The position numbers and the translations under genes are program-made. DNA of 14,375 bases from Candidatus Eiseniibacteriota bacterium (GTDB lineage Bacteria > Eisenbacteria > RBG-16-71-46 > DASYSL01): assembly GCA_046598045.1 (NCBI GenBank), contig JBKJJJ010000049.1:1-14375 (forward strand). Direction: 5' to 3'. Of this stretch, positions 1 to 9,983 are shown one piece after another. The notes under the pieces are model-generated. The model was not told the origin of the DNA. It saw only the letters and a program-made list of their open reading frames with translations, and made no database searches. Position 1 is the first letter of the stretch; the number at the start of each line of letters is the position of its first letter.

Positions 1-1480
<1,480 letters not shown>

Positions 1481-1492
1481 GTCGCCCCTGGA

Positions 1493-3001
<1,509 letters not shown>

Positions 3002-3029
3002 CTCTAACCTCTCTGGGTCGAAACGAGGA

Positions 3030-3587
3030 CTACGACGGAAGCGACGCGGCGAGCAGCTGGTCTCGCAACTGGGACAGGAGCGTCATCACGCTGCGGTCCG
3101 CGATGCGATCGCCGACCTTGACCACGAGGCCGCCCAGGATCGTGGGATCCACGTGGGCGTCCACCTTCACCTTCTTCGAGAGCCCGGACTCGAGCGACGC
3201 GACGAGCGCCTCGATCTCCGGGTCCGCCAGGGGCACGGCGCTGGTCACCTTCGCGCGCACGATGCCCTGGTGGGCCTCCACCAGGCGCTCGAACTCCTCG
3301 ACGATGTCGCGCAGGCGGAAGACGCGCTTCTTCGCGAGCAGCAGCCGGAAGAACTCGACCACCAGCCGGTGCGTGTACGGGCCGAGACCGGCCTCGACCA
3401 CGGCGAGCTTCTGCTCGGTCGGCACCTGCGGCGCCTCGAGGAACTGGCGCAGACGATCCCCCGCCGCGTGATCGATCTTTTGCACGGCGGCGAGTTCCTC
3501 GCCCACGCGCGCGATCACGTCCTTCTTCTGCGCGGCCATGAACAGCGCCTGCGCATACCGGCGGGAAACAGTGACGTCCTGCGCCAT
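3030..3587 (-). CDS. atpH: F1 ATP synthase subunit delta (185 aa)
   Basis: C-terminal part of the 3030..4454 ORF from ATG 3587: [16 protein letters not shown]...AKVTSAVPL...[32 protein letters not shown] at 3598-3604 inside the end of atpF. Confidence 0.97.
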   Translation of the reverse strand: MAQDVTVSRRYAQALFMAAQKKDVIARVGEELAAVQKIDHAAGDRLRQFLEAPQVPTEQKLAVVEAGLGPYTHRLVVEFFRLLLAKKRVFRLRDIVEEFERLVEAHQGIVRAKVTSAVPLADPEIEALVASLESGLSKKVKVDAHVDPTILGGLVVKVGDRIADRSVMTLLSQLRDQLLAASLPS

Positions 3588-3589
3588 GT

Positions 3590-4081
3590 CTAGTGCGCCT
3601 CCTTGACGTCGGCGATGAACTCCGCGATCAGGCGGCGCTGCTCGGTCTCGTCGAGCTTCTTGCGCAGGATCTTCTCCGCGCCCAGGACGGCCATGCGCGC
3701 GAGGTCCTCGTGCAGCGCCTTCTGCGCCTTCGCACGCTCGCCCTCGATCTCGGACTCGGCGCGCTGGAGCCGCGCCCGCGCCTGCGCCTGGGCGTCGGTC
3801 TTGATCTCGGCCGCGAGCTTTTGCCCCTCGACCACCGCTTCCTGGACCTTCGCGCGCGCCTGCGCATCGATGCCCTTGAGCTGGCGATCGAGGTCGCTCT
3901 TGAGCGCCGCGGCGTCCTGTCTTTCCCGTTCGGCGTGCGCCAGATCGGCGGCAATCTTCTGCCGGCGGTTCTCGAGCGTCTCGAGAACCGGGCCCCAGGC
4001 GAACTTCCGGATCAACCAGAGGAAGATCAGGAAGCCGACGATTTGGGTGAGGACCTGTTTGAAATCGATCAGGTTTCCCAT
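3590..4081 (-). CDS. atpF: Fo ATP synthase subunit b (about 163 aa; alternative start at 4108)
   Basis: N-terminal TM segment QIVGFLIFLWLIRKFAWGPVLETLENRRQKI followed by a long charged coiled coil; lies between atpE and atpH. Confidence 0.96.
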   Translation of the reverse strand: MGNLIDFKQVLTQIVGFLIFLWLIRKFAWGPVLETLENRRQKIAADLAHAERERQDAAALKSDLDRQLKGIDAQARAKVQEAVVEGQKLAAEIKTDAQAQARARLQRAESEIEGERAKAQKALHEDLARMAVLGAEKILRKKLDETEQRRLIAEFIADVKEAH

Positions 4082-4097
4082 GGTCGCTTTCGCTTTG

Positions 4098-4121
4098 GCG
4101 CCGGGCATGTCGCCCCGGCGC
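4098..4121 (-). promoter_or_regulatory. Intercistronic atpE-atpF stem-loop
   Basis: GCGCCGGG (4098-4105) is the exact reverse complement of CCCGGCGC (4114-4121), with an 8-nt loop that contains the upstream alternative atpF ATG. Function is inferred. Confidence 0.4.
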
Positions 4122-4132
4122 GGGTCTGTGGC

Positions 4133-4378
4133 TTAGCCCGAGATCTTGCCCGAGAGGATGAACATCGTGACGAACGCGTAGATCGTGAGCGCCTCGCTGA
4201 ACGCCAGGCCGAGAATCATCGCGGTCTGGATCTTGGCGGCGGCTTCCGGCTGGCGGCCCATCGCCTCGAGACCACCCTTGCCGGTCAGGCCGAGGCCGAT
4301 GCCCGAGCCGATCGCCGCAAGGCCGATTCCGATCGGCAGCGAGTACGCGAGTGCGGTAGCGAAATTGGGGAAACCCAT
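4133..4378 (-). CDS. atpE: Fo ATP synthase subunit c (81 aa), proton-type
   Basis: MGFPNFATALAYSLPIGIGLAAIGSGIGLGLTGKGGLEAMGRQPEAAAKIQTAMILGLAFSEALTIYAFV...; GxGxGxG helix, RQPE loop, ion-binding Glu in EALTIY; AGGAGG RBS at 4387-4392. Confidence 0.98.
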   Translation of the reverse strand: MGFPNFATALAYSLPIGIGLAAIGSGIGLGLTGKGGLEAMGRQPEAAAKIQTAMILGLAFSEALTIYAFVTMFILSGKISG

Positions 4379-4398
4379 GGTGACATCCTCCTGCGGTG

Positions 4399-5760
4399 TT
4401 AGTGGTGAGCGACAGCGTGCGCGTCGCCCGGTTGGGTCTCGTGGTGCTCGCCATGTGGCAACATCATCACGATGTACACCGTGGCGAGGAGCGAGAACAC
4501 GAGACCCTGGATCAAGCCGAACAGCGCCGAGAGGGCGAGGAACGGCAGTTGCAGCGGCAATCCGATCGGAGAGTGCACGAACGACAGCGTGGTCACCCCG
4601 AGCCCGACGAACACGGCCAGGAGGATGTCCTCGCCCAGGATGTTGCCGAAGAGACGGCAGCTGAGCGAGACCGGCTTGATCAACTCGCCCATGATCTCGA
4701 GCGGGAAGAGCAGGACGGCTGCGCCCCAGCCGAGCGCGTCCTTGGGCTGGCCGGCGAAGTGGTAGAGGTAGCCGAGGAAGCCGTTCTTGGAGATGCCGAT
4801 CCACTGCACGTAGACGAACACGCAGAGCGCGAGCGCGAACGTGGTGTTGAGGCTCGTGTTCGGCGACTTGAGGAACGGGATCATGCCCATCCAGTTCATG
4901 GCCACGATGTAGAGACACAGCGACCCGACGAACGGGATGTAGGCCTTGCCCTCGGGGCCGAGGATGCCGAGGAAGAAGTCGTGCAGCCCGCCCAGCAGCG
5001 CCTCGGCGGCGTTCTGCGCGCCCGACGGCACGAGCGCCTTCGCGCGCGCCGCCGACCCGAAGACCGCGATCAGGATCACGGCGGCCAGGATCGAGAACAG
5101 CACGTTCTCCCACTCGTGGACGGTCTTGACCCACGCCGGCTCGGCCTTGCCCTGGTAGGCCGCGCGCAGGTAGGTCACGAGGTTCGGCAGTTCCGGCGCG
5201 CCCTCGGACTCCTTCGCCGCTTTGTGTTCCCCGGCGGCAGCCTGGCCCGCGGGCTTCTCGCCGGCGGCGGCGACCGCGTGTCCCCTCTCGCGCGTCGCTC
5301 CAGCCGACGCGCCCGGAGCAGCCACGGCGGGCGCGGCCGCCAGCGCGGCGCAGGCGGTGAGGCCCACGAGCGCGATCCCCGCGGCGCGGGTGCGCCACTC
5401 GGGGTGAGTCATCCAGTTGCCGAACGCCTTGAGCAGCACCACCAGGAAGAACAGGTGGAACCCGAGCACGAGCGCGAGCACCGGCAGGCCCGTCAACAGC
5501 AGCGCGTAGCCCGCGAGGTAGAGCAGTGGGCCCTTGACGCCGAGCAGCAGCATCGCGCGCAGCGGGTTCTCGGCCTGCCCGCGCGCGTTGAACTGGCGCA
5601 CCAGCGCGCCCAGCAGGCGGAGGTTGACCAGCGCCCACGCGGAGCCCAAGGCCAGCGCGAGCGCCACCGGGGCGCCCTGGGTGGCCCATCCCGCCAGCGC
5701 AGCCAAGATCGTCACGAGGACGGTCATGCGCTCCGTGCGGGCAAGGAATTCGAAACCCAT
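4399..5760 (-). CDS. atpB: Fo ATP synthase subunit a with an N-terminally fused AtpI-like membrane domain (453 aa)
   Basis: C-terminal ~260 aa carry subunit a motifs: NWMGMIPFLKSPNTSLNTTFALA, PLEIMGELIKPVSLSCRLFGNI (essential Arg), LIQGLVFSLLATVYI. N-terminal ~116 aa form about four hydrophobic segments (ALGSAWALVNLRLL..., LGVKGPLLYLAGYALL) in the operon position of atpI. No stop codon separates them. Confidence 0.93.
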   Translation of the reverse strand: MGFEFLARTERMTVLVTILAALAGWATQGAPVALALALGSAWALVNLRLLGALVRQFNARGQAENPLRAMLLLGVKGPLLYLAGYALLLTGLPVLALVLGFHLFFLVVLLKAFGNWMTHPEWRTRAAGIALVGLTACAALAAAPAVAAPGASAGATRERGHAVAAAGEKPAGQAAAGEHKAAKESEGAPELPNLVTYLRAAYQGKAEPAWVKTVHEWENVLFSILAAVILIAVFGSAARAKALVPSGAQNAAEALLGGLHDFFLGILGPEGKAYIPFVGSLCLYIVAMNWMGMIPFLKSPNTSLNTTFALALCVFVYVQWIGISKNGFLGYLYHFAGQPKDALGWGAAVLLFPLEIMGELIKPVSLSCRLFGNILGEDILLAVFVGLGVTTLSFVHSPIGLPLQLPFLALSALFGLIQGLVFSLLATVYIVMMLPHGEHHETQPGDAHAVAHH

Positions 5761-5806
5761 AGGCGGAAGTGCGAACCTTTCTGCCGCGCACTGCGCGGAC
5801 GGGAGG

Positions 5807-6055
5807 TCAGCCGTCGCGTTCCTGCATCTCGCGCGCGGTCTTGAGCGTGCGCACGATCAGCCGGACTCCGGAGCCAAAGCCAAGGAGGAGGAACACGAGG
5901 AGAAGCCAGGGAGCCGTGTGGAAGCGCTGGTCGAGCCAGCGTCCCACGAACACGCCGACCACCGGCGGGACGACCAGGAACCCCGGAATGGCGGACAGGA
6001 CCGCGGCCTGACGCATCAGGCTGAATTTCTCGCGATCCTCGTCTGGTTTTGCCAC
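5807..6055 (-). CDS. atpZ: AtpZ / ATPase gene-1 family small membrane protein (about 82 aa; start uncertain, ORF open to 6079)
   Basis: GTG at 6055: MAKPDEDREKF...IPGFLVVPPVVGVFVGRWLDQRFHTAPWLLLVFLLLGFGSGVRLIVR. The G-x-x-x-G-x-W-L-D...P-W...L-G pattern is typical of the first gene of many atp operons. Confidence 0.88.
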   Translation of the reverse strand: MAKPDEDREKFSLMRQAAVLSAIPGFLVVPPVVGVFVGRWLDQRFHTAPWLLLVFLLLGFGSGVRLIVRTLKTAREMQERDG

Positions 6056-6139
6056 GGGGGACCCCGTGAAAAAAATCACAAGCGGTCGGCGAACAAAGGG
6101 GCAACCGGAGTCGCCCCGCTTAAAGCAGCAGCCAGCCGC

Positions 6140-6169
6140 AATCTACGAGGCTGCCAAGGGGGCCGTCAA
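6140..6169 (-). promoter_or_regulatory. Candidate sigma70-type promoter of the atp operon
   Basis: Minus strand TTGACG (6169-6164), 18-nt spacer, TAGATT (6145-6140), about 85 nt upstream of the atpZ start in a lower-GC intergenic region. Confidence 0.7.
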
Positions 6170-6306
6170 GCGCTTTCCGGCAGGAGACCTAAAATACTGT
6201 GGGATTGAGAGATAGGTGGTCCCGAGCCCGATCCCCTGAAAATTGCGCACGGGCGGATTTCCGGCTCGCCGGGTAGAGTGTCCCGACCCTTTCGGCAGGA
6301 GGTTTC

Positions 6307-9099
6307 TTGTTCGTGGCGTTCCTCGTGATCGTCTTCATCGCGGTCGCGCTCGGTGTGCTGCTCATGCTGATGAACCGGCTCGAGAAGATCGAGCGCGAGG
6401 TGGCCGAGCTGCGCCGCCGGGTTGCGTCCGAAGCGTCCGCACCCGAGCCTTCCCGCGTGGCGGCCCGGCCCCCGGCCCCGGCCCCGCCGCCCCTCCCGCG
6501 TCCGATCCTGCACGATGCCGTCGCGCCGGAGCCGGCCCCGATCCCGGTCGTCCCGCCGCCCAAGGTCCCGACGCCTTGGCCCGCGCCATGGGGGACTTTC
6601 TCCCCCACCGAGCCCGCGCCCGCCGCCCACGCCGTCCCACCCGAGCACTCACCCGAACGCTCGTTCGAGCAGCTCATCGGCGGGATCTGGCTGCAGAACG
6701 CGGGGGCGGTGTTGCTCCTGCTCGGCGTGTTCTTCCTCATTCTCTGGGGCTACACCACCGGCCGCTTCGGCGCCGGCGTGCTCGTGGCCGCGGGCGTCAT
6801 GCTCGGCCTCGTGCTGGCCTGGCGTGGCGACAGCCTGTCGAAGCGCGTGCCCGCGTTCGGCCACGCGCTCATCGGCGTCGGGCTCGGCGCGGCGTACATC
6901 TCGCTCTACCTGGGGCACTTCGCGCTCGCCGTGCTCAACCCGACAGCGACCATCGTGCTGCTCGCGCTCACGTCGATGGCCGGCCTGTTCGTCGGCCGGC
7001 ATTACCGCGTGCCGTCGATCTCCGCGCTCGGCGTGTTCGGCGCGTTCATTCCGCAGGTTGCCGCCGTGCTCACGGCCAGCCCGGGCTTCCTCGAATCGCC
7101 CCCGCTGCTCTTCCTCTATCTCGCGGCGGTCGACGTGGTCGTGTTCGCGCTCGCCGCGCGCAGCGGCTGGTCGGGGCTCGCGCTCCAGGCGCTCGTCCTG
7201 ACCGACTTCACCTGGGTGTTCGCGGTCGGGTCGCGCCCGTGGGGCTGGCCGATCACGCTCGGATTGGCGGGGCTGTTCGTCGGACTGGGGCTCGCGCCGG
7301 TGCCGCGGCTGGTGCGCGAGGACAAGCCGCTCGGCAGCTTCGACGCCGGCGTGATCCTGTTCGCTCCCTACGCGTTCGTGATCGCGGCATGGCCGTTCCT
7401 CGCGCACGCCGAGCGCTACACGGTCGGCCTGCTGCTGCTCGTGCTCGCGGCGATCGAGGCCGGCGCCGCGACCTTCGTCCACCGGAAGCGGGGCGAGTGC
7501 GACCTCAGCCGGATCCTGACCACGGCCGCGGTTGTGTTCCTGACCGCCGGGATCGAGCGCCTGCTCGGCTCGACGCTCACGCCGCTGGGCTGGACGGTCG
7601 AGGGCATCGCGCTCGTCGCCGCGGGCGTGTACGCGGCGAGCCTGTGGATGCGTACGCTCGGCTACGGCGCGAGCGTGCTGGGAGCGCTCGCCGGCTTCCT
7701 GCCGCTGATGGCCCAGGGCTCGCACGAGGCCGCGCTGCCGCTCGACGCGGGCCTGCCCGGAAGCCTGTTCACCGCGGTCTCGATCCGCAGTCTCGTGCTC
7801 GTGCTCGGGCTGTTCGTCGGCGCGCGCATCCTCGAGCGCGAGCGCGCGCGGCTCGGGCCCGACGAGGGCCGCGTCCTGCCCGGCGCATGGATGCTGGCCG
7901 CGCAGTTCTTCCTCCTGTGCTGGCTCGGCGCGCACGCGTCGCGCCTCACGGGGATCTACCTCCCCGGCTCGGGGATCCCCGGCCTGCCGTCGATCGGCAA
8001 CCTCGAGGCGCCGCCCGATCCGCGGCGCGCGGTGCTGTGGTTCTCGATCGCGGCGCTCGCGTGGAGCCTGCAGGCCGGGCTGTCGCTCGCGCACGGCATC
8101 GTGCGCCGGAGCCCGCCGCGCCGCATGGCGGCGTACGGCGTCGCGATCCTGGCGGGCGTGGTCTTCCTCGGCGCGCTCGGCTCGAGCTCGGCGTGGAAGC
8201 CGTGGGAGGGCGTGTTCTTCCATCTCGCGGGGCAGTTCCAGGTCGCCACGCTGCTGGCGTGGGCGCTCGGATCGACGCTGCTCGAGCGCGGGCGCGCCCG
8301 GCTGGACGCGTGGGAGCGGGGGATTCCCGCGGCGTTCCCGATCGCCGCGAACCTCCTGTTCTGGATGTGGATCGGCGTCGAGGCGGGCCACTTCTCGGAG
8401 CTGCTCGCGCCGCTCGTCGGGGGCCACGCCGGCACGCTCACGCTCTCGGTGATCGCGCTCGCGTGGGCGCTGCACGCGCTCGCACTCGTGGCATTCGGAC
8501 AGCGCCCCCAGCAGGGATCGAAGCGCATCCTCGGCTACGGCATCGCGCTCGCGGCGGCGTTCGCGATCTTCGCGAGTTACGGCGCGGGGCTGCTCGCGCC
8601 GCCCGAGGTCCTGGCGCGGGGATCGCTGTTCGACGTCCGGCTCGAGTTCCAGCTCGCCGCGCTCCTGATCGGGCTGTTCGGCGCGACCATGCTCGCGCGC
8701 AGCCGCGCCGCGCTCGCGCCGCGCGAGCGCGAGGCGCCCGAGGTGCTGACGTTCGTGGTCAACGCGCTCTTCCTGCTGTGGAGCGCGGCCGCGTCCCAGC
8801 ACGTCACCGCGGCCTACGGCTTCGCGCGTGCCGAGCGCGTGTCCGCGGTCCTGACCAGCGCAGCGTGGGTGGTGCAGGCGCTGCTGCTCTTCCTGGTCGG
8901 CTGGCGGAGCCGGGCGTCGTTCGTGCGCTGGATGGGCCTCGGCCTGTTCGGGCTCACGCTCGCCAAGGTCGCGCTGTTCGACCTCGCGAGCGTCGACGTG
9001 TTCTGGCGCTTCCTGATCGCGATCGGGCTGGGCGCGGTGATGCTCGGGATCTCGTACGTCTACCAGCGCTCGCGCGTGGGTGGGAAAGAGGGCGAATAG
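6307..9099 (+). CDS. DUF2339-type predicted polytopic membrane protein (930 aa)
   Basis: N-terminal TM, coiled coil and Pro-rich linker, then SFEQLIGGIWLQNAGAVLLLLGVFFLILWGY. C-terminus RWMGLGLFGLTLAKVALFDLASVDVFWRFLIAIGLGAVMLGISYVYQR. Both ends match my recollection of DUF2339. AGGAGG RBS at 6297-6302 (start TTG 6307 or GTG 6313). Confidence 0.85.
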   Translation: MFVAFLVIVFIAVALGVLLMLMNRLEKIEREVAELRRRVASEASAPEPSRVAARPPAPAPPPLPRPILHDAVAPEPAPIPVVPPPKVPTPWPAPWGTFSPTEPAPAAHAVPPEHSPERSFEQLIGGIWLQNAGAVLLLLGVFFLILWGYTTGRFGAGVLVAAGVMLGLVLAWRGDSLSKRVPAFGHALIGVGLGAAYISLYLGHFALAVLNPTATIVLLALTSMAGLFVGRHYRVPSISALGVFGAFIPQVAAVLTASPGFLESPPLLFLYLAAVDVVVFALAARSGWSGLALQALVLTDFTWVFAVGSRPWGWPITLGLAGLFVGLGLAPVPRLVREDKPLGSFDAGVILFAPYAFVIAAWPFLAHAERYTVGLLLLVLAAIEAGAATFVHRKRGECDLSRILTTAAVVFLTAGIERLLGSTLTPLGWTVEGIALVAAGVYAASLWMRTLGYGASVLGALAGFLPLMAQGSHEAALPLDAGLPGSLFTAVSIRSLVLVLGLFVGARILERERARLGPDEGRVLPGAWMLAAQFFLLCWLGAHASRLTGIYLPGSGIPGLPSIGNLEAPPDPRRAVLWFSIAALAWSLQAGLSLAHGIVRRSPPRRMAAYGVAILAGVVFLGALGSSSAWKPWEGVFFHLAGQFQVATLLAWALGSTLLERGRARLDAWERGIPAAFPIAANLLFWMWIGVEAGHFSELLAPLVGGHAGTLTLSVIALAWALHALALVAFGQRPQQGSKRILGYGIALAAAFAIFASYGAGLLAPPEVLARGSLFDVRLEFQLAALLIGLFGATMLARSRAALAPREREAPEVLTFVVNALFLLWSAAASQHVTAAYGFARAERVSAVLTSAAWVVQALLLFLVGWRSRASFVRWMGLGLFGLTLAKVALFDLASVDVFWRFLIAIGLGAVMLGISYVYQRSRVGGKEGE

Positions 9100-9116
9100 C
9101 GCCGATCCGGTCCCCC

Positions 9117-9145
9117 TTGCCCCAGCCCGGCCCGCCCCCTACTGT
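9117..9145 (+). promoter_or_regulatory. Candidate sigma70-type promoter giving a leaderless mRNA for the NTase-fold gene
   Basis: TTGCCC (9117-9122), 17 nt, TACTGT (9140-9145), 6 nt, ATG 9152; no Shine-Dalgarno upstream. Confidence 0.55.
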
Positions 9146-9151
9146 CGCGTC

Positions 9152-9937
9152 ATGAACCCGATCCTCGCCGATGCCAGCTTGGGCCTGTTGCCGGCCCCCG
9201 AGTCCCTTGCCGCAGGCGCCCGCGCCTGGGCTGCGCCGCTGCTCGAGGGCGCGGGCGAAGACGCGCGCGCGCTCTACCTCTATGGCAGCGCGCTGCGCAG
9301 CGACTTCGATCCCGCGAAGAGCGACGTCAACCTGCTGCTGGTCATGCGCGCGCTCGGCGTCGACCGCCTCGATGCGCTCGCCGCGGCGACGACAAGGTTG
9401 CCGAAGCCCGCGCTCGAATCCGCCGGCGCGCGCCACCGCCCGCTGATCCTGACCGAGTCGCAGCTGCTCGACTCGGCGGACGTGTTCCCGATGGACCTGC
9501 TCGACCTCGCGCGCCGGCGCGCGCTCCTGTGGGGCGCGGACGTGCTCGCCGGCGTGGTCGTCGAGAGAGCCGACCTCAGGCGCCACTGCGAGTATGAGCT
9601 GCGCACGAAACTCGTCGGGCTGCGGCAGGCGTACCTCCAGTCGGGCGGCGGCGCGGCGCCCTCGCAGGAGCTGACCGTGCGCGCGGCCGCGGGTGCGGCG
9701 ACGCTTTACCGCCACCTGTTGACCCTCGCGGGCAAATCGGACGAGGGCACGCCCGAGGCGCTCGCACGCGCGGTCGGCGAGGCGTTCGGCGTCGACGGCG
9801 CCGCGCTCGCCGGCCCGTTCGTCGCCCGCGGCGAGACCGAGTCGCCCGACGACGCGGGCCTCAAGCGCCGCTTCGCCCTGTTCCTGGGCGGGCTCGAGGC
9901 GCTGGTGGGCGCGGTGGACGGCCTCGCTGGACACTGA
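9152..9937 (+). CDS. Pol-beta-like nucleotidyltransferase-fold protein (261 aa)
   Basis: LYLYGSALRSDFDPAKSDVNLLLV matches hG[GS]x9-13DhD with the second Asp replaced by Asn; helical C-terminal domain (LRRHCEYELRTKLVGLRQAYL). ATG 9152 is preferred over 9080, which overlaps the previous gene. Confidence 0.8.
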   Translation: MNPILADASLGLLPAPESLAAGARAWAAPLLEGAGEDARALYLYGSALRSDFDPAKSDVNLLLVMRALGVDRLDALAAATTRLPKPALESAGARHRPLILTESQLLDSADVFPMDLLDLARRRALLWGADVLAGVVVERADLRRHCEYELRTKLVGLRQAYLQSGGGAAPSQELTVRAAAGAATLYRHLLTLAGKSDEGTPEALARAVGEAFGVDGAALAGPFVARGETESPDDAGLKRRFALFLGGLEALVGAVDGLAGH

Positions 9938-9946
9938 ACGCCGGAC

Positions 9947-9973
9947 GCAACATCCCGGGGCCGGGAATCGTAT
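9947..9973 (+). promoter_or_regulatory. Candidate ECF sigma-factor promoter upstream of TPM-lemA
   Basis: GCAAC (9947-9951), 17 nt, CGTAT (9969-9973), ending 10 nt before ATG 9984; matches the generic ECF AAC-N16/17-CGT pattern. Confidence 0.45.
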
Positions 9974-9983
9974 CGGGCGCGCA

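Noticed and set aside
4133..4378. Possible Na+-coupled ATPase or N-ATPase
   Set aside because: Subunit c has Leu where Na+ rings have Gln in helix 1, and EAL instead of ES/T after the Glu. Gene order is canonical with separate b and delta.
3030..5791. Apparent long fusions in the ORF track (474 aa ending in delta; 552 aa ending in c)
   Set aside because: The upstream extensions overlap real genes in other frames and are compositionally junk; atpH and atpE have their own strong RBS. In the AtpI-AtpB fusion, by contrast, both halves are bona fide.
6274..6279. TAGAGT as -10 element for the DUF2339 gene
   Set aside because: Plausible position, but no properly spaced -35 or extended -10; too weak to list as a feature.
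6243..9155. 970-aa plus-strand and 717-aa minus-strand (6649-8802) ORFs
   Set aside because: Arg/Ala/Pro-rich alternative frames overlapping the DUF2339 gene, which has the RBS and family motifs.
9152..9937. MNT-HEPN toxin-antitoxin or CBASS-type defence nucleotidyltransferase
   Set aside because: No adjacent HEPN gene with a recognisable RxxxxH motif, no effector genes, a degenerate metal motif, and a housekeeping-like context.
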